Source of the DNA: an uncultured Caldilineales bacterium
GTDB taxonomy: Bacteria > Chloroflexota > Anaerolineae > J102
DNA: 64,000 nucleotides
Direction of reading: 5' to 3'
Assembly: GCA_964650295.1 (NCBI GenBank)
Contig: CAZYSY010000095.1
Location: 74-64,073, forward strand
The notes beneath the pieces are model-generated. The model was not told where the DNA came from, searched no databases, and was given only the letters and a program-made list of their open reading frames with translations. Positions 36,201 through 45,800 of the stretch are shown here, piece by piece (position 1 is the stretch's first letter; every line of letters begins with the position of its first letter). The position numbers were made by a program, and so were the translations under genes.

Positions 36201-39200
36201 TGGTCTCTCGGGTGCGAGAAGTCTTTCAGGTGGATTTGCCCTTGCAGCAGGTATTCGAAACTCCCACCATCGCGGGCATGGCTGCTTACATTGAATCCGC
36301 TTTGCGGCGAGAAGGTGGCGTGGATACTCCTCCCATCCAGCCTGTGCCCCGAGATGGCCATCTTCCACTTTCTTACGCTCAGCAACGCCTGTGGTTTTTG
36401 GATCAGTTACAACCTGAAAGCCCTTTCTACAACGTGCCCATGGTGTTGCGCCTGCGGGGTGAGCTGGATGTGGCCGCATTGGAACAAAGCCTGAATGAGA
36501 TGGTGAGACGACATGAAACGTTGCGCACCATTTTTGCCAGCCGCAGGGGCGAACCTGTGCAGATCATCGTTCCAGAATTGACCATTCCTTTGGTGGTGGA
36601 CGATCTCAGCCATTTGGCCGTGGAGACGCGTGAACAAGAAGCTCGCAAACGGGCGATATCTACGGTGAATAAGCCTTTTGATCTCAGCGTCGGGCCATTG
36701 TTGCGGGTGCGTTTGTTGCGCCTTTCGTCTCAACATCATCTTGCAGTGGTGGTCATGCACCATATCGTTTCCGACGCCTGGTCGATGCGGGTCTTCTTTC
36801 GCGAGATGGCCGTGCTTTATCATAGCTTCAGTCAGGGACGTCCCTCGCCTTTGCCGCCTCTCGCCATTCAGTATGCTGATTTTGCCGCTTGGCAGCGCGA
36901 CTGGTTGCAGGGGCAGGTCCTTGAGCGACAGTTGGCCTACTGGCGTCAGCAATTACAGGGGGCTCCTGAATTGTTGGCGTTGCCCACCGACCGCCAGCGA
37001 CCACCGGTGCAAACGGCCAATGGCGCCAATTTTGCCTTTACCGTACCCATGGAGACCGCTGAACAACTGCGAGCCTTTGCTCGTCGCCAAGGCGCGACGT
37101 TGTTCATGGTGATGCTGGCTGCGTTCCAGGCGTTGTTGCATCGGTACACCGGTCAGGATGACATCTGCGTGGGCTCGCCCATTGCTAATCGAAATCGGCC
37201 TGAGGTGGAAAATCTGATCGGTTTCTTCCTCAACACATTGGTGCTACGCACGGGCTTTACTGGGGAGATGAACTTTCGCGAACTGGTGTCGCTTGTGCGA
37301 GAGGTGGTGTTGGGTGCATTCGCCCATCAGGATCTACCTTTCGAGATTCTGGTGGAGGAGCTCCAACCTGAACGGGACCTCAGCCATACCCCTCTCTTTC
37401 AGGTGGGCTTCACGCTACAAACCGCGGCTACCGAAAGTATAGATCTGCCCGAACTTGCTTTAGAACCAGTGCCCATCGACAACGGTTCTGCCAAATATGA
37501 CATTACCCTGCTCATGGCCGAAGGCCCTGATGGGCTGGTGGGTAATTTTGAATACAACACCGACCTCTTCGACGCGACCACCATTCGACGAATGTCTGCG
37601 CATTTCCTCACGTTACTGGCTGGCGTCGTGGCCGATCCCGAGTTGCCACTTGCCTATGCACCTCTTCTCACTCCAGCCGAGGAAGAACTTTTGTTGACTG
37701 CCTGGAATGATACTGCCATGCCCGCCCCCCTGGATCGTTGCGCTCATGAACTCTTCGAGGCTCAGGCCGCTCAGCATCCGCAGGCCCCTGCTGTCATCTT
37801 TGCTGATCAACAGCTGACCTACCAGCAGTTGAATCGTCGCTCTAATCAGTTGGCCCGTCATTTGCGTAAGTTAGGTGTGGGGCCAGAAACGTTGGTGGCC
37901 ATTGTCACCCACCGTTCGCCAGAGATGATCGTCGCTATTTTGGGGGTGATGAAGGCGGGGGGAGCTTATCTGCCGGTGGATCCCACCTATCCATCTGAGC
38001 GCGTGGCCTTCATGTTGAAGGATTCCGCCGCGCCTGTGCTGCTCACCCAGGAGCGTTTACGCGCCCAACTGCCCGCGCATGATGCTCGCGAGGTGCTGTT
38101 GGATGCAGATTGGCCCATCATCGCCCAGGAGGATGACGACAATCTCGATTTGACGACTACGCCCGAAAAAATAGCCTATGTCATCTATACCTCTGGCTCC
38201 ACAGGCAAGCCCAAAGGTGCAGCGCTACGCCATCGGGGGCTGAGCAATCTCACCGAAGTTCAGCGTCGGGCCTTTGGTGTGGGGCCAGGTGTGCGCGTGT
38301 TGCAATTCGCGCCCTTCAGCTTTGATGCTTCGGTGTGGGAAACCTTCATGGCTCTGGCCAATGGGGGGACATTGTGTCTGGCCCCACAAGAGCAACTGAC
38401 CTCGGGGCCAGAGCTGTTGCGCTTGATGCAGAAAATGAACATCAACATCGTCACTCTGCCTCCATCCATGTTAACAGTGCTGACGCCACAAAGCCTGCCA
38501 GATTTGAAGGTGGTGGTGGCAGCAGGGGAAAAATGCACGGCTGAGATTGTACAACAATGGGCCCCGGGCCGCGCCTTCTTCAATGCCTATGGTCCCACCG
38601 AAACCACTGTGTGTGCGTCCATGTATCGTTGTTCGGATGATGAACAACGCGACCCGCCCATTGGCCGTCCTATTGGCAACTGTCGGCTTTATGTGGTGGA
38701 TGATCATTTGCAAATCGCGCCTGTGGGCGTGCCTGGCGAGCTGGTCATTGGCGGCGTCAATGTGGGCAAAGGCTATCTCAACCGTCCCGAACTGACCAGA
38801 CAAAAATTCATTCCCGATCCCTTTGGCGGCCCCAACGATATGCTCTATCGCAGCGGCGACCTGGTGCGTTTTTTGCCCGATGGCAACATCGAATTCCTGG
38901 GCCGCATCGATCATCAGGTGAAGGTGCGGGGATTCCGCATCGAACTGGGTGAAATCGAGGCTGTACTGCGCCAGCATCCTGCTGTAAATGATGCAGTGGT
39001 TGTTGCCCGAGACCTGGGCGGCGACAAACGCCTGGTGGCTTATCTGCTGACCGCTGAAGAAGAGACGCCTCATGCTGCCAGTCTGCGGGATTTCATTCGG
39101 CTCTCCTTGCCCGATTATATGGTTCCCGCCTACTTCGTGGCGTTGGATGAATTCCCACTGACCCCTGCAGGCAAAGTGGATCGGCAGGCGTTACCCGCAC

Positions 39201-39565
39201 CAGATAGCGCCCGCACTGCGGCTGGAGCAGATTATGTCGCTCCGCGCACCGACATCGAAGAAAAATTGGTCGCCATCGCCACTGAACTATTAGCCCTAGA
39301 GCAGGTTGGCGTGTATGATAATTTCTTCGAGCTTGGCGGTCATTCGCTTTTGGCCACCCAATTCATCTCCCGGGTGCGGGAGGCTTTCGATGTGGAGCTG
39401 GAACTGCGCACCCTGTTCGAGAGTCCCACCGTGGCTCAGATTGCCGAAGTGCTCACCGCCAAGCTTCAGACTCAAATCCAGACCGCGGACACCGTGGCCG
39501 ATCTTCTTGCCCAGCTGGAAGAAATGTCTGAAGAGGATGTAAAGCGAATGTTGGGTGAGTCTTAG
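33128..39565 (+). CDS. NRPS: DCL-type C-A-PCP (M8) and C-A(Phe)-PCP (M9)
   Basis: 2145-aa ORF. 'MSKSSRKNIESIYPLSPTQQGMLFH' and 'HHHALLDGWS' (C domain type that follows E domains). A 'YILYTSGSTGLPKGV'. PCP 'FFQLGGHSLLATQLVSRV'. C 'HHIVSDAWS'. A 'YVIYTSGSTGKPKGA'. PCP 'FFELGGHSLLATQFISRV'. Tail 'LEEMSEEDVKRMLGES'. Confidence 0.95.
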   Translation: MSKSSRKNIESIYPLSPTQQGMLFHSLYDRDSGVYVEQLAATLVGPLDVDAFRRAWQRIIDRHEVLRTSFVWKKLDRMMQVVHRRVEAPLLLEDWQGFSVAEQEKRLTAFMEAERRQGFDLGRAPLMRLALLRIGPERHFFVWSHHHALLDGWSLAQVLQEVFALYEGFRQGRDVHLGEVRPYRDYIEWLAQQDEEEAATFWRRRLQGFDAPTSLVVDRPRGAEAATTMRYGKVEVKLSRAETSQLQEMARSNQLTLSTVLQGAWALLLSRYNQKADVLFGATVSGRPPALRGVERMVGLFINTIPLRVQVDESQPVAAWLQSLMQDVGEALLFDYAPLTKIQQWSDVPAGTPLFESILVFENYPKQEAAQAQHSSLVVTDVHGVEYSNYPLAVVSAPAEEFTVRLRYDRVRFDDEAIGRMAGHLAQLLRGFAKAPARALADIAMLGQEERDKLLQGWNATIRTYPDSTVAALFQAQVAASPQASALSFGDERWTYAELNARANQLAHHLRALGLGDKPVGIMLRHSPEMIQAVLAALKAGVPYVPIDPDYPRQRVRFMVEDAGISVVITDDERLMVDDDFRHIIWLHPAQAEVASQPVYNPAGKIKPGQLAYILYTSGSTGLPKGVMITHANLTNYLHWVNETIYNEKMLALPLVTRLSFDASLKQFLAPLLRGGEVWGVVAEVLQDPAALVQELGTRELVGFNGVPSLWRAMLEAIRREGVPSPGTKLTRLFLGGESLSPDLVAATLELFPHIEIYNVYGPTETTANASMGQVHAPDDVNIGYPVANTRLYVLDERRRLLPVGVPGELYIGGAGVAQGYLHRPAQTAHSFLPDPFAKEPGARLYRSGDVVRRRNDGVLSFVGRHDQQVKLNGYRIELGEIEVVLQEHAAVAQAVVLVRRIPDQAEDGIDAQHLVAYIAPEAGKEPSVAELRNHLQDRLPAYMIPSIFITLRQMPLLPNGKIDRQALPDPVQADALVDAPYRAPRSPVEEMLVELWSRVLGASRVGVDDDFFQLGGHSLLATQLVSRVREVFQVDLPLQQVFETPTIAGMAAYIESALRREGGVDTPPIQPVPRDGHLPLSYAQQRLWFLDQLQPESPFYNVPMVLRLRGELDVAALEQSLNEMVRRHETLRTIFASRRGEPVQIIVPELTIPLVVDDLSHLAVETREQEARKRAISTVNKPFDLSVGPLLRVRLLRLSSQHHLAVVVMHHIVSDAWSMRVFFREMAVLYHSFSQGRPSPLPPLAIQYADFAAWQRDWLQGQVLERQLAYWRQQLQGAPELLALPTDRQRPPVQTANGANFAFTVPMETAEQLRAFARRQGATLFMVMLAAFQALLHRYTGQDDICVGSPIANRNRPEVENLIGFFLNTLVLRTGFTGEMNFRELVSLVREVVLGAFAHQDLPFEILVEELQPERDLSHTPLFQVGFTLQTAATESIDLPELALEPVPIDNGSAKYDITLLMAEGPDGLVGNFEYNTDLFDATTIRRMSAHFLTLLAGVVADPELPLAYAPLLTPAEEELLLTAWNDTAMPAPLDRCAHELFEAQAAQHPQAPAVIFADQQLTYQQLNRRSNQLARHLRKLGVGPETLVAIVTHRSPEMIVAILGVMKAGGAYLPVDPTYPSERVAFMLKDSAAPVLLTQERLRAQLPAHDAREVLLDADWPIIAQEDDDNLDLTTTPEKIAYVIYTSGSTGKPKGAALRHRGLSNLTEVQRRAFGVGPGVRVLQFAPFSFDASVWETFMALANGGTLCLAPQEQLTSGPELLRLMQKMNINIVTLPPSMLTVLTPQSLPDLKVVVAAGEKCTAEIVQQWAPGRAFFNAYGPTETTVCASMYRCSDDEQRDPPIGRPIGNCRLYVVDDHLQIAPVGVPGELVIGGVNVGKGYLNRPELTRQKFIPDPFGGPNDMLYRSGDLVRFLPDGNIEFLGRIDHQVKVRGFRIELGEIEAVLRQHPAVNDAVVVARDLGGDKRLVAYLLTAEEETPHAASLRDFIRLSLPDYMVPAYFVALDEFPLTPAGKVDRQALPAPDSARTAAGADYVAPRTDIEEKLVAIATELLALEQVGVYDNFFELGGHSLLATQFISRVREAFDVELELRTLFESPTVAQIAEVLTAKLQTQIQTADTVADLLAQLEEMSEEDVKRMLGES
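34535..36035 (+). other. Adenylation domain, M8; code DAKNFGVANK (unassigned; nearest recalled code is Glu DAKDLGVVDK)
   Basis: Anchors: 'LSFDASLKQ', 'VGFNGVPS', 'LFLGGES', 'YNVYGPTETTAN', 'NGKIDR'. Confidence 0.75.
37742..39197 (+). other. Adenylation domain, M9; code DAWTVAAVCK (Phe)
   Basis: Anchors: 'FSFDASVWE', 'NIVTLPPS', 'VVVAAGEK', 'FNAYGPTETTVC', 'AGKVDR'. One conservative difference from the Phe code DAWTIAAVCK. Confidence 0.85.
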
Positions 39566-39584
39566 ATTGCGCCTCAACACTTCG

Positions 39585-39612
39585 TTGAAAATTACGCCGT
39601 TAGCAATACATT
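39585..39612 (+). promoter_or_regulatory. Candidate sigma70-like promoter in the 39566-39854 gap
   Basis: TTGAAA (39585-39590), 16-nt spacer, TACATT (39607-39612). Pattern only. It lies upstream of the twin palindromes. Confidence 0.25.
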
Positions 39613-39698
39613 TCTTACCCCAAACTGCGATCTTATTTATTTCGTCCTGGCGTCGTCGTAAAGCAAATTCAGTCGATCGCGATTGCGAGAGTATGTGT

Positions 39699-39723
39699 CC
39701 CGCCGGATTCGCAATCCGGCGGG
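39699..39723. repeat. Perfect palindromic hairpin (11-bp stem, 3-nt loop) followed by TTT
   Basis: 'cccgccggatt cgc aatccggcggg' followed by 'ttt', read directly. Confidence 0.7.
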
Positions 39724-39741
39724 TTTGACGCTCGAATCACC

Positions 39742-39760
39742 GCCGGATCACGGATCCGGC
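39742..39760. repeat. Second palindromic hairpin (8-bp stem, 3-nt loop) sharing the GCCGGAT/ATCCGGC core
   Basis: 'gccggatc acg gatccggc'. Its 5' arm plus flank ('ccgccggat') is also complementary to the 3' arm of the first hairpin. Confidence 0.7.
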
Positions 39761-39854
39761 TCTGCGCATCATGGAAAATCGTGATCTACTGAAATTGACG
39801 AAGGCGCGACAACCTCGCAGAGATGATTTTTCCCACCCATTATTGATTTTTTCT

Positions 39855-42800
39855 ATGCCAAATTATCTTCAGCAACTCGCCAAATTATCGCCCGAAAAGA
39901 GAAAGTTGTTTGAGCAGATGTTGCGCGCCCGGGGCATAGATATTCTGGAACTCGGGATTCCGCCCCAGCCGCGTGAGCAAGAGGGATATCCCCTTTCTTT
40001 CGCTCAACAGCGTTTGTGGTTCCTGGAACAATTGGAGCCAGGCACCGCCATGTACAACATCCCTCTGGCTGTGCGTTTGCAGGGGCGCGTGGATGTCGCG
40101 GTGTTGGAGCGCAGCATCAATGCCATTGTGCAGCGGCATGAGACCCTGCGCACGGTTTTTCGCTCTCATCAGGGTGAGCCTCAGCAGGTGATTTTACCCG
40201 AGCTTCATATTCCCATTCCTGTGGACGATCTGCGCGTCCTGCCTCTAGAATCGCAGGAGGCGCAGGCCATGCAGCTGGCCCAGAACGAGGCTCGCCAGCC
40301 GTTCGATCTTGAGCGCGGGCCATTGCTGCGAGTGCGCTTGCTGCAATTGGCCGCGGATGATTTCATCGCCCTCCTCACCATGCATCACATCATCTCTGAT
40401 GGCTGGTCGTTGGGCGTCATGTTGCAGGAACTGGCCACGTTTTACCAGGCCTTTGCCCAAGGAGAATCGCCGAATCTGCCCCAGCTCAGCATTCAGTATG
40501 TCGATTTTGCCATTTGGCAGCGGCAATGGTTGGCAGGAGAGCGGCTGGATGTGCAACTGGATTACTGGAAGCAAGAACTGGCGGATATTCCCTCCCTCCT
40601 CACATTGCCCGCAGACCATCCCCGACCGCCAGTGCAATCCACCCGTGGCGGGACGCATTCCTTCGAGCTTTCACCCCAGCTCAGTCGCGACCTGCGATCC
40701 CTGGCCCGGCGTTATGATGTGACCCCATTCATGCTGCTCATGGCCGCATTTCAGGCGCTGCTGGCGCGCTATTCGGGCCAGGATGATATTTGTGTGGGCA
40801 CACCAGTGGCCAATCGCCAACGCACCGAGATTGAGCCCCTCATCGGTTTTTTCGCCAACACCCTGGTCATCCGCGGCCAGCTTTATGATGATCCCTCCTT
40901 CGCCGACTTTTTGCAGCTGATAAAACAACGGGTGATCGCCGCCCAGGCCCATCAGGATGTGCCTTTCGAGACCCTGGTGGATGAGCTGGAGCCAGAACGG
41001 GACATGAGTTACACGCCTCTCTTTCAGGTGATGTTCTCCTTCCAGGCTGCGGCCAATCAGGCTATTCAGTTACCTGGTCTGCGCATGATGCAAATGCCAA
41101 TGGACAGTGGCGCGATTAAATTTGATCTTAGCCTGGTGATGATTGATCATCCCCAACAGTTGCGGGGACGCATTGCCTACAACCGCGATATTTTCGAGCC
41201 GGAAACCGTGGCCCGGATGATGAATCATTTCATCACCCTGCTGCAAGGCGTCGCCCAACACCCAGAGCAATCCATTTCGAGATTGCCTTTGCTGACAAAT
41301 AAAGAGCGTCTGCATGTGCTGAATGCATTTCCCCATGCCCGGAGTTTTCCTGCATCACGCCCACTCAGCCAGTGGTTCGAAGAGCAAGCTGCGGCCACGC
41401 CTGACCGCATCGCCCTCACCTTCGAAGATAAGCACTACACCTATCGCCAACTCAACGCCCGGGCCAACCAGCTGGCCCACTATCTGCGCAGCCAGGGCGT
41501 CGGGCCTGAAACCCTGGTAGGATTGCTCTTGGAACGTTCTGAAGCGTTGGTCATTGCCATTCTGGGCATACTCAAGGCTGGAGCTGCCTATGTGCCCATC
41601 GATCCCATCTATCCGTCTGAACGCATGGCCTTCATGCTGCAAGACACTGCCGCTCCGGTGCTCATTACCCAGGCATCGCTGAAGGATCGGGCAGCAGGGA
41701 TGCCACTGGAGCTGGTAATTTTGGATGAAATGTCATCGGTATTGGATGTCCAGTCCCAACAAAACCCCACGTCCCTGGCCACGCCTCAAAACTTGGCTTA
41801 CGTCATTTACACCTCTGGCTCCACGGGCCAGCCCAAGGGCGTGCTCATCACCCACGCCAACGTGGCGCGTTTGATGACCGCAACCGAACCCTGGTATCAC
41901 TTCAATGAGGAAGATGTATGGACGCTGTTCCATTCCTACGCATTCGATTTTTCGGTGTGGGAGCTATGGGGGCCTTTGCTCTATGGCGGACGTTTGGTGG
42001 TGGTTCCCTACATGGCCAGCCGTTCGCCCGAAGCCTTTTACGAGTTGCTGTTGCGGGAACGCATTACCGTTCTCAACCAGACCCCCTCTGCCTTTCGCCA
42101 GCTGATTCGTGTGGCCGAGGCCCGGGAAAAACCCGCGGAAATGCCTCTGCGTCTGATCATCTTTGGTGGCGAAGCCCTGGAATTGCAAAGCCTGCGACCA
42201 TGGTTCCATCTGTTTGGCGATGAGAAACCACAGCTGGTTAACATGTATGGAATCACCGAAACCACGGTGCACGTCACATATCGCCCCATCCGCATGGTAG
42301 ATTTGGATAACGCTCCGGGAAGCGTTATTGGTGGTCCTATTCCCGATCTAGAACTTTATGTGTTAGACCCCCATGGCCAGCTTCAGCCCTTCGGCGTACC
42401 CGGAGAGCTGTATGTGGGGGGCGCTGGCGTGGCCCGGGGCTATCTCAACCGTCCCGGACTCACTGCCCAGCGATTTGTTCCCAACCCCTTTGGCTCACGT
42501 GCTGGAGACAGACTATATAAAACCGGAGACCTGGCCCGCATGCTGCCGGGCGGCGATGTGGAGTATTTGGGGCGCATCGACTTTCAGGTCAAAATCCGTG
42601 GTTTCCGCGTGGAGCTGGGGGAGATCGAAAGTGTGTTGGCGCAACACGAAAGCGTGGGCGAGAGCGTCGCGCTGGTGCGGGAAGACACCCCCGGAGATCA
42701 ACGTCTGGTGGCCTATGTGGTGGCCGCACCAGGACATGAAATCGATTCAGCCCAGCTGCGGGCGCACTGTCAGCGTTCGTTGCCCGACTACATGGTTCCA

Positions 42801-45800
42801 GCCGCCTTCGTCACTCTAAACGCTATTCCTCTCACCCCCAATGGCAAGGTAGATCGCCGCGCCCTGCCTCCACCCGACTGGAGCCAGACCACAGTGAAGG
42901 TGGTGTATGAGCCGCCCCGCACCCCCACCGAGGAGATCATCGCCACTATTTGGTCTCAGGTGTTGGGGGTGGAACCCATCGGTGCATTCGATCACTTCTT
43001 CCACCGCGGCGGGCATAGCCTTCTGGCCACCCAGGTCATCTCTCGCCTGCGCGAGGCTTTTCAAATCGATTTGCCCTTGCGCGCTCTCTTCGAGCATAGC
43101 ACAGTGGCGGAATTGGCACAGGTGGTTGATATAACTTTGCACGAGGCGCAGGGGCTGCATCTTCCCCCTATCGAGCCCCTGCCGCGCGATGGCTCATCTC
43201 GGCCTCTTTCTTTTGCCCAACAACGTTTGTGGTTTTTAGATCAACTGGAGCCCCACAGCCCGCAATACAACATTCCCGACGCTGTGCGCATACGTGGACA
43301 TCTGGATGTTTCCGCATTGGAAAAGAGTCTGAACGAGGTGGTGCGACGGCATGATGTGTTGAGAGCCATCTTCCCTACCGTGGATGGCGTGGCCCACCAA
43401 ATCATCCAACCACAGTTGCACATCCCCCTGACGGTGCAAGACCTCGGCCATCTTTCCCCACTGGAACGGGAGACCGAGGCGATGCGTCGTGCTCAGGCCG
43501 AAGCTAAACGTCCCTTTGATCTGGCCCAAGGCCCGCTAATACGAACCACCCTGTTGCGATTGGACGAGGAAGACCACCTTTTCTTGCTGACCATGCACCA
43601 CATCGTTTCTGATGGCTGGTCGACAGGCGTGCTTATTCGCGAGCTATCTGCGCTCTATCCCGCCTTTTTGCGAGGCCAACCTTCGCCTTTACCTGATTTG
43701 CGCATCCAGTACCCCGATTTTGCCGCATGGCAACGGAATTGGTTGCAGGGAGAACAACTCGAACGGCAGCTAGATTACTGGCGACAAACCCTGGCTGGCA
43801 TGCCTCCCACCTTACACCTACCCACCGATCGCGCCCGACCTCCAGTGCAGACCCACACCGGCGGTTATTACCCGTTCGCATTGGATCCAGAGCTGACTCA
43901 GCAGATCAAAGCCTTTAGCCAGCAAGAAGATGCCACGTTGTTCATGACGCTATTGGCTGCATTTCAGGCGTTTCTTTATCGTTATTCGGGTCAAGATGAT
44001 TTTGGCGTGGGTACGCCAGTGGCCAATCGTAGCCATCCTGATCTGGAAAAACTCATCGGCTTTTTTGTCAATACCTTGGTGCTGCGAGCTGATCTCAGAG
44101 ATAGCCCCGGATTTCGGCAGTTGTTGGCGCGAGTGCGAGAGACCGCATTGGGTGCGTATGCGCATCAGGATTTGCCTTTCGAGATGTTGGTTGACGCATT
44201 GCAGCCACATCGCGACCTTCGTCAATCACCCTTATTCCAGGTGATGTTCATGTTGAATCCGGCGGGCAACGCGCCCTCGTTGCCATTGGCGGATCTGAAA
44301 TTCGAGCGGGTGGCCACTGAAACTGGCATCTCTCTGTTTGATTTGACTCTGATTTTGAACGAAGGACCCGAGGGCATTGCTGGCGGAGTAGAGTACAACG
44401 CGGATCTTTTCGATGAAAGCACCATCGCCCGCATGATGCGGCATTTTCAACAGCTTTTGGTTCACATGTTGGCCGCGCCCGACGCTGAAATTGCTGCTTT
44501 GCCCCTGTTGGACGAGCTGGAACGCCAGCGGCTGGTGGCAACGTGGCGACAAACGCCCATCCATGCTCCTGAGCTCTGCCTGCATCATCTGTTCGAAGAT
44601 CAGGCGCAACGCTCGCCTGAGGCCATAGCAGTGCTGCAAGAGAATGTGGCTCTAACCTATCGGGAACTGGAACAGCGAGCCAACCGTTTGGCTCACCATC
44701 TGCGCAGTCTGGGCGTTGGGCCCGAGGTGTTGGTGGGATTGAGCGTAGAACGTTCACCTCAGATGTTGGTGGGCCTATTGGGTATTCTCAAAGCTGGAGG
44801 CGCCTACCTGCCTCTGGACCCTCACTATCCCCAGGAACGTTTGCAAACCATGCTGGAGGATGCAGGCGCCACCATCATTGTCACCGATGATGCTGCCACG
44901 GTCTATCACTACGCGAGCCCAGATACTGTTTTAGTATCGCCCGAGGGAGATCACCTTTCCGGCTATCCGATGACGCCGCCACAGGTGGATGTTGCGCCCG
45001 AGAATCTGGCGTATGTCATCTACACCTCTGGCTCCACCGGCCAGCCCAAAGGAGTGGCTGTGGCCCATGCTTCGGTGGTTAATCATAATTTAGCCATGGC
45101 CGCTAGTTTTGAGTTGACGTCTGCAGATAAATTTTTGCAATTCTCCACCATCAATTTCGACGCCGCCCTGGAGGAGATATTCCCGGCCTGGTCGCGAGGC
45201 GCCACGGTGGTGTTACGTGGGCGTGAGCGGATTGTGGCTCCAGCAGAGCTGAATCACCTAGTGCGCCGGTTTGATGTCACCATTTTGGATTTTCCCACTG
45301 CTTATTGGCATCAGTGGGTGCAGGAGATGGCCAATGCAGGGGAGAGTCTGCCCCCTTCGGTGCGTCTGGTGATTGTGGGCGGCGAAAAAGCTTTGCAGCA
45401 GATTTATGAGACCTGGCGCAAGTTGACGGGCGGACAGGTGCGTTGGTTGAACACCTACGGTCCCACCGAGGGCGCAATTGTCGTCACCACTTATGATCCT
45501 GTCGCAGATACCTTCTGGCAACCAGGCCGCGACTTGCCCATTGGCCAGCCTTTGCCAAATGTGCGCTGTTATGTGTTGGATGATGGTTTGGAGCCAACGC
45601 CAGTGGGGGTAGCTGGCGAACTTTACATCGGGGGCGTGGCTGTGGCCCGTGGCTATCTCAACCGCCCTCAGCTCACGGCCCAGGCCTTCATTCCTGATCC
45701 GTTCAGCATTGAACCTGGCGCCCGCATGTATCGTACCGGCGACTTGGCCCGGGTGCTGCCGGGCGGAAATATCGAATATGTGGGGCGGCGAGATCATCAG

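Noticed and set aside
39699-39726. Reading the 11-bp GC hairpin plus TTT as a classical Rho-independent terminator
   Set aside because: The U-tract is only three residues and is followed by GACG. A second related palindrome follows. I reported it as an attenuator-like or REP-like structure instead of calling a terminator.
39771-39854. Upstream ATG extending the 39855 NRPS by 28 aa ('MENRDLLKLTKARQPRRDDFSHPLLIFS')
   Set aside because: The extension has no counterpart in the paralogous N-terminus at 23987, and this ATG lies only 10 nt after the second palindrome. The 'ttctATG' context at 39855 matches the other gene starts. The choice remains uncertain without proteomic or ribosome-profiling data.
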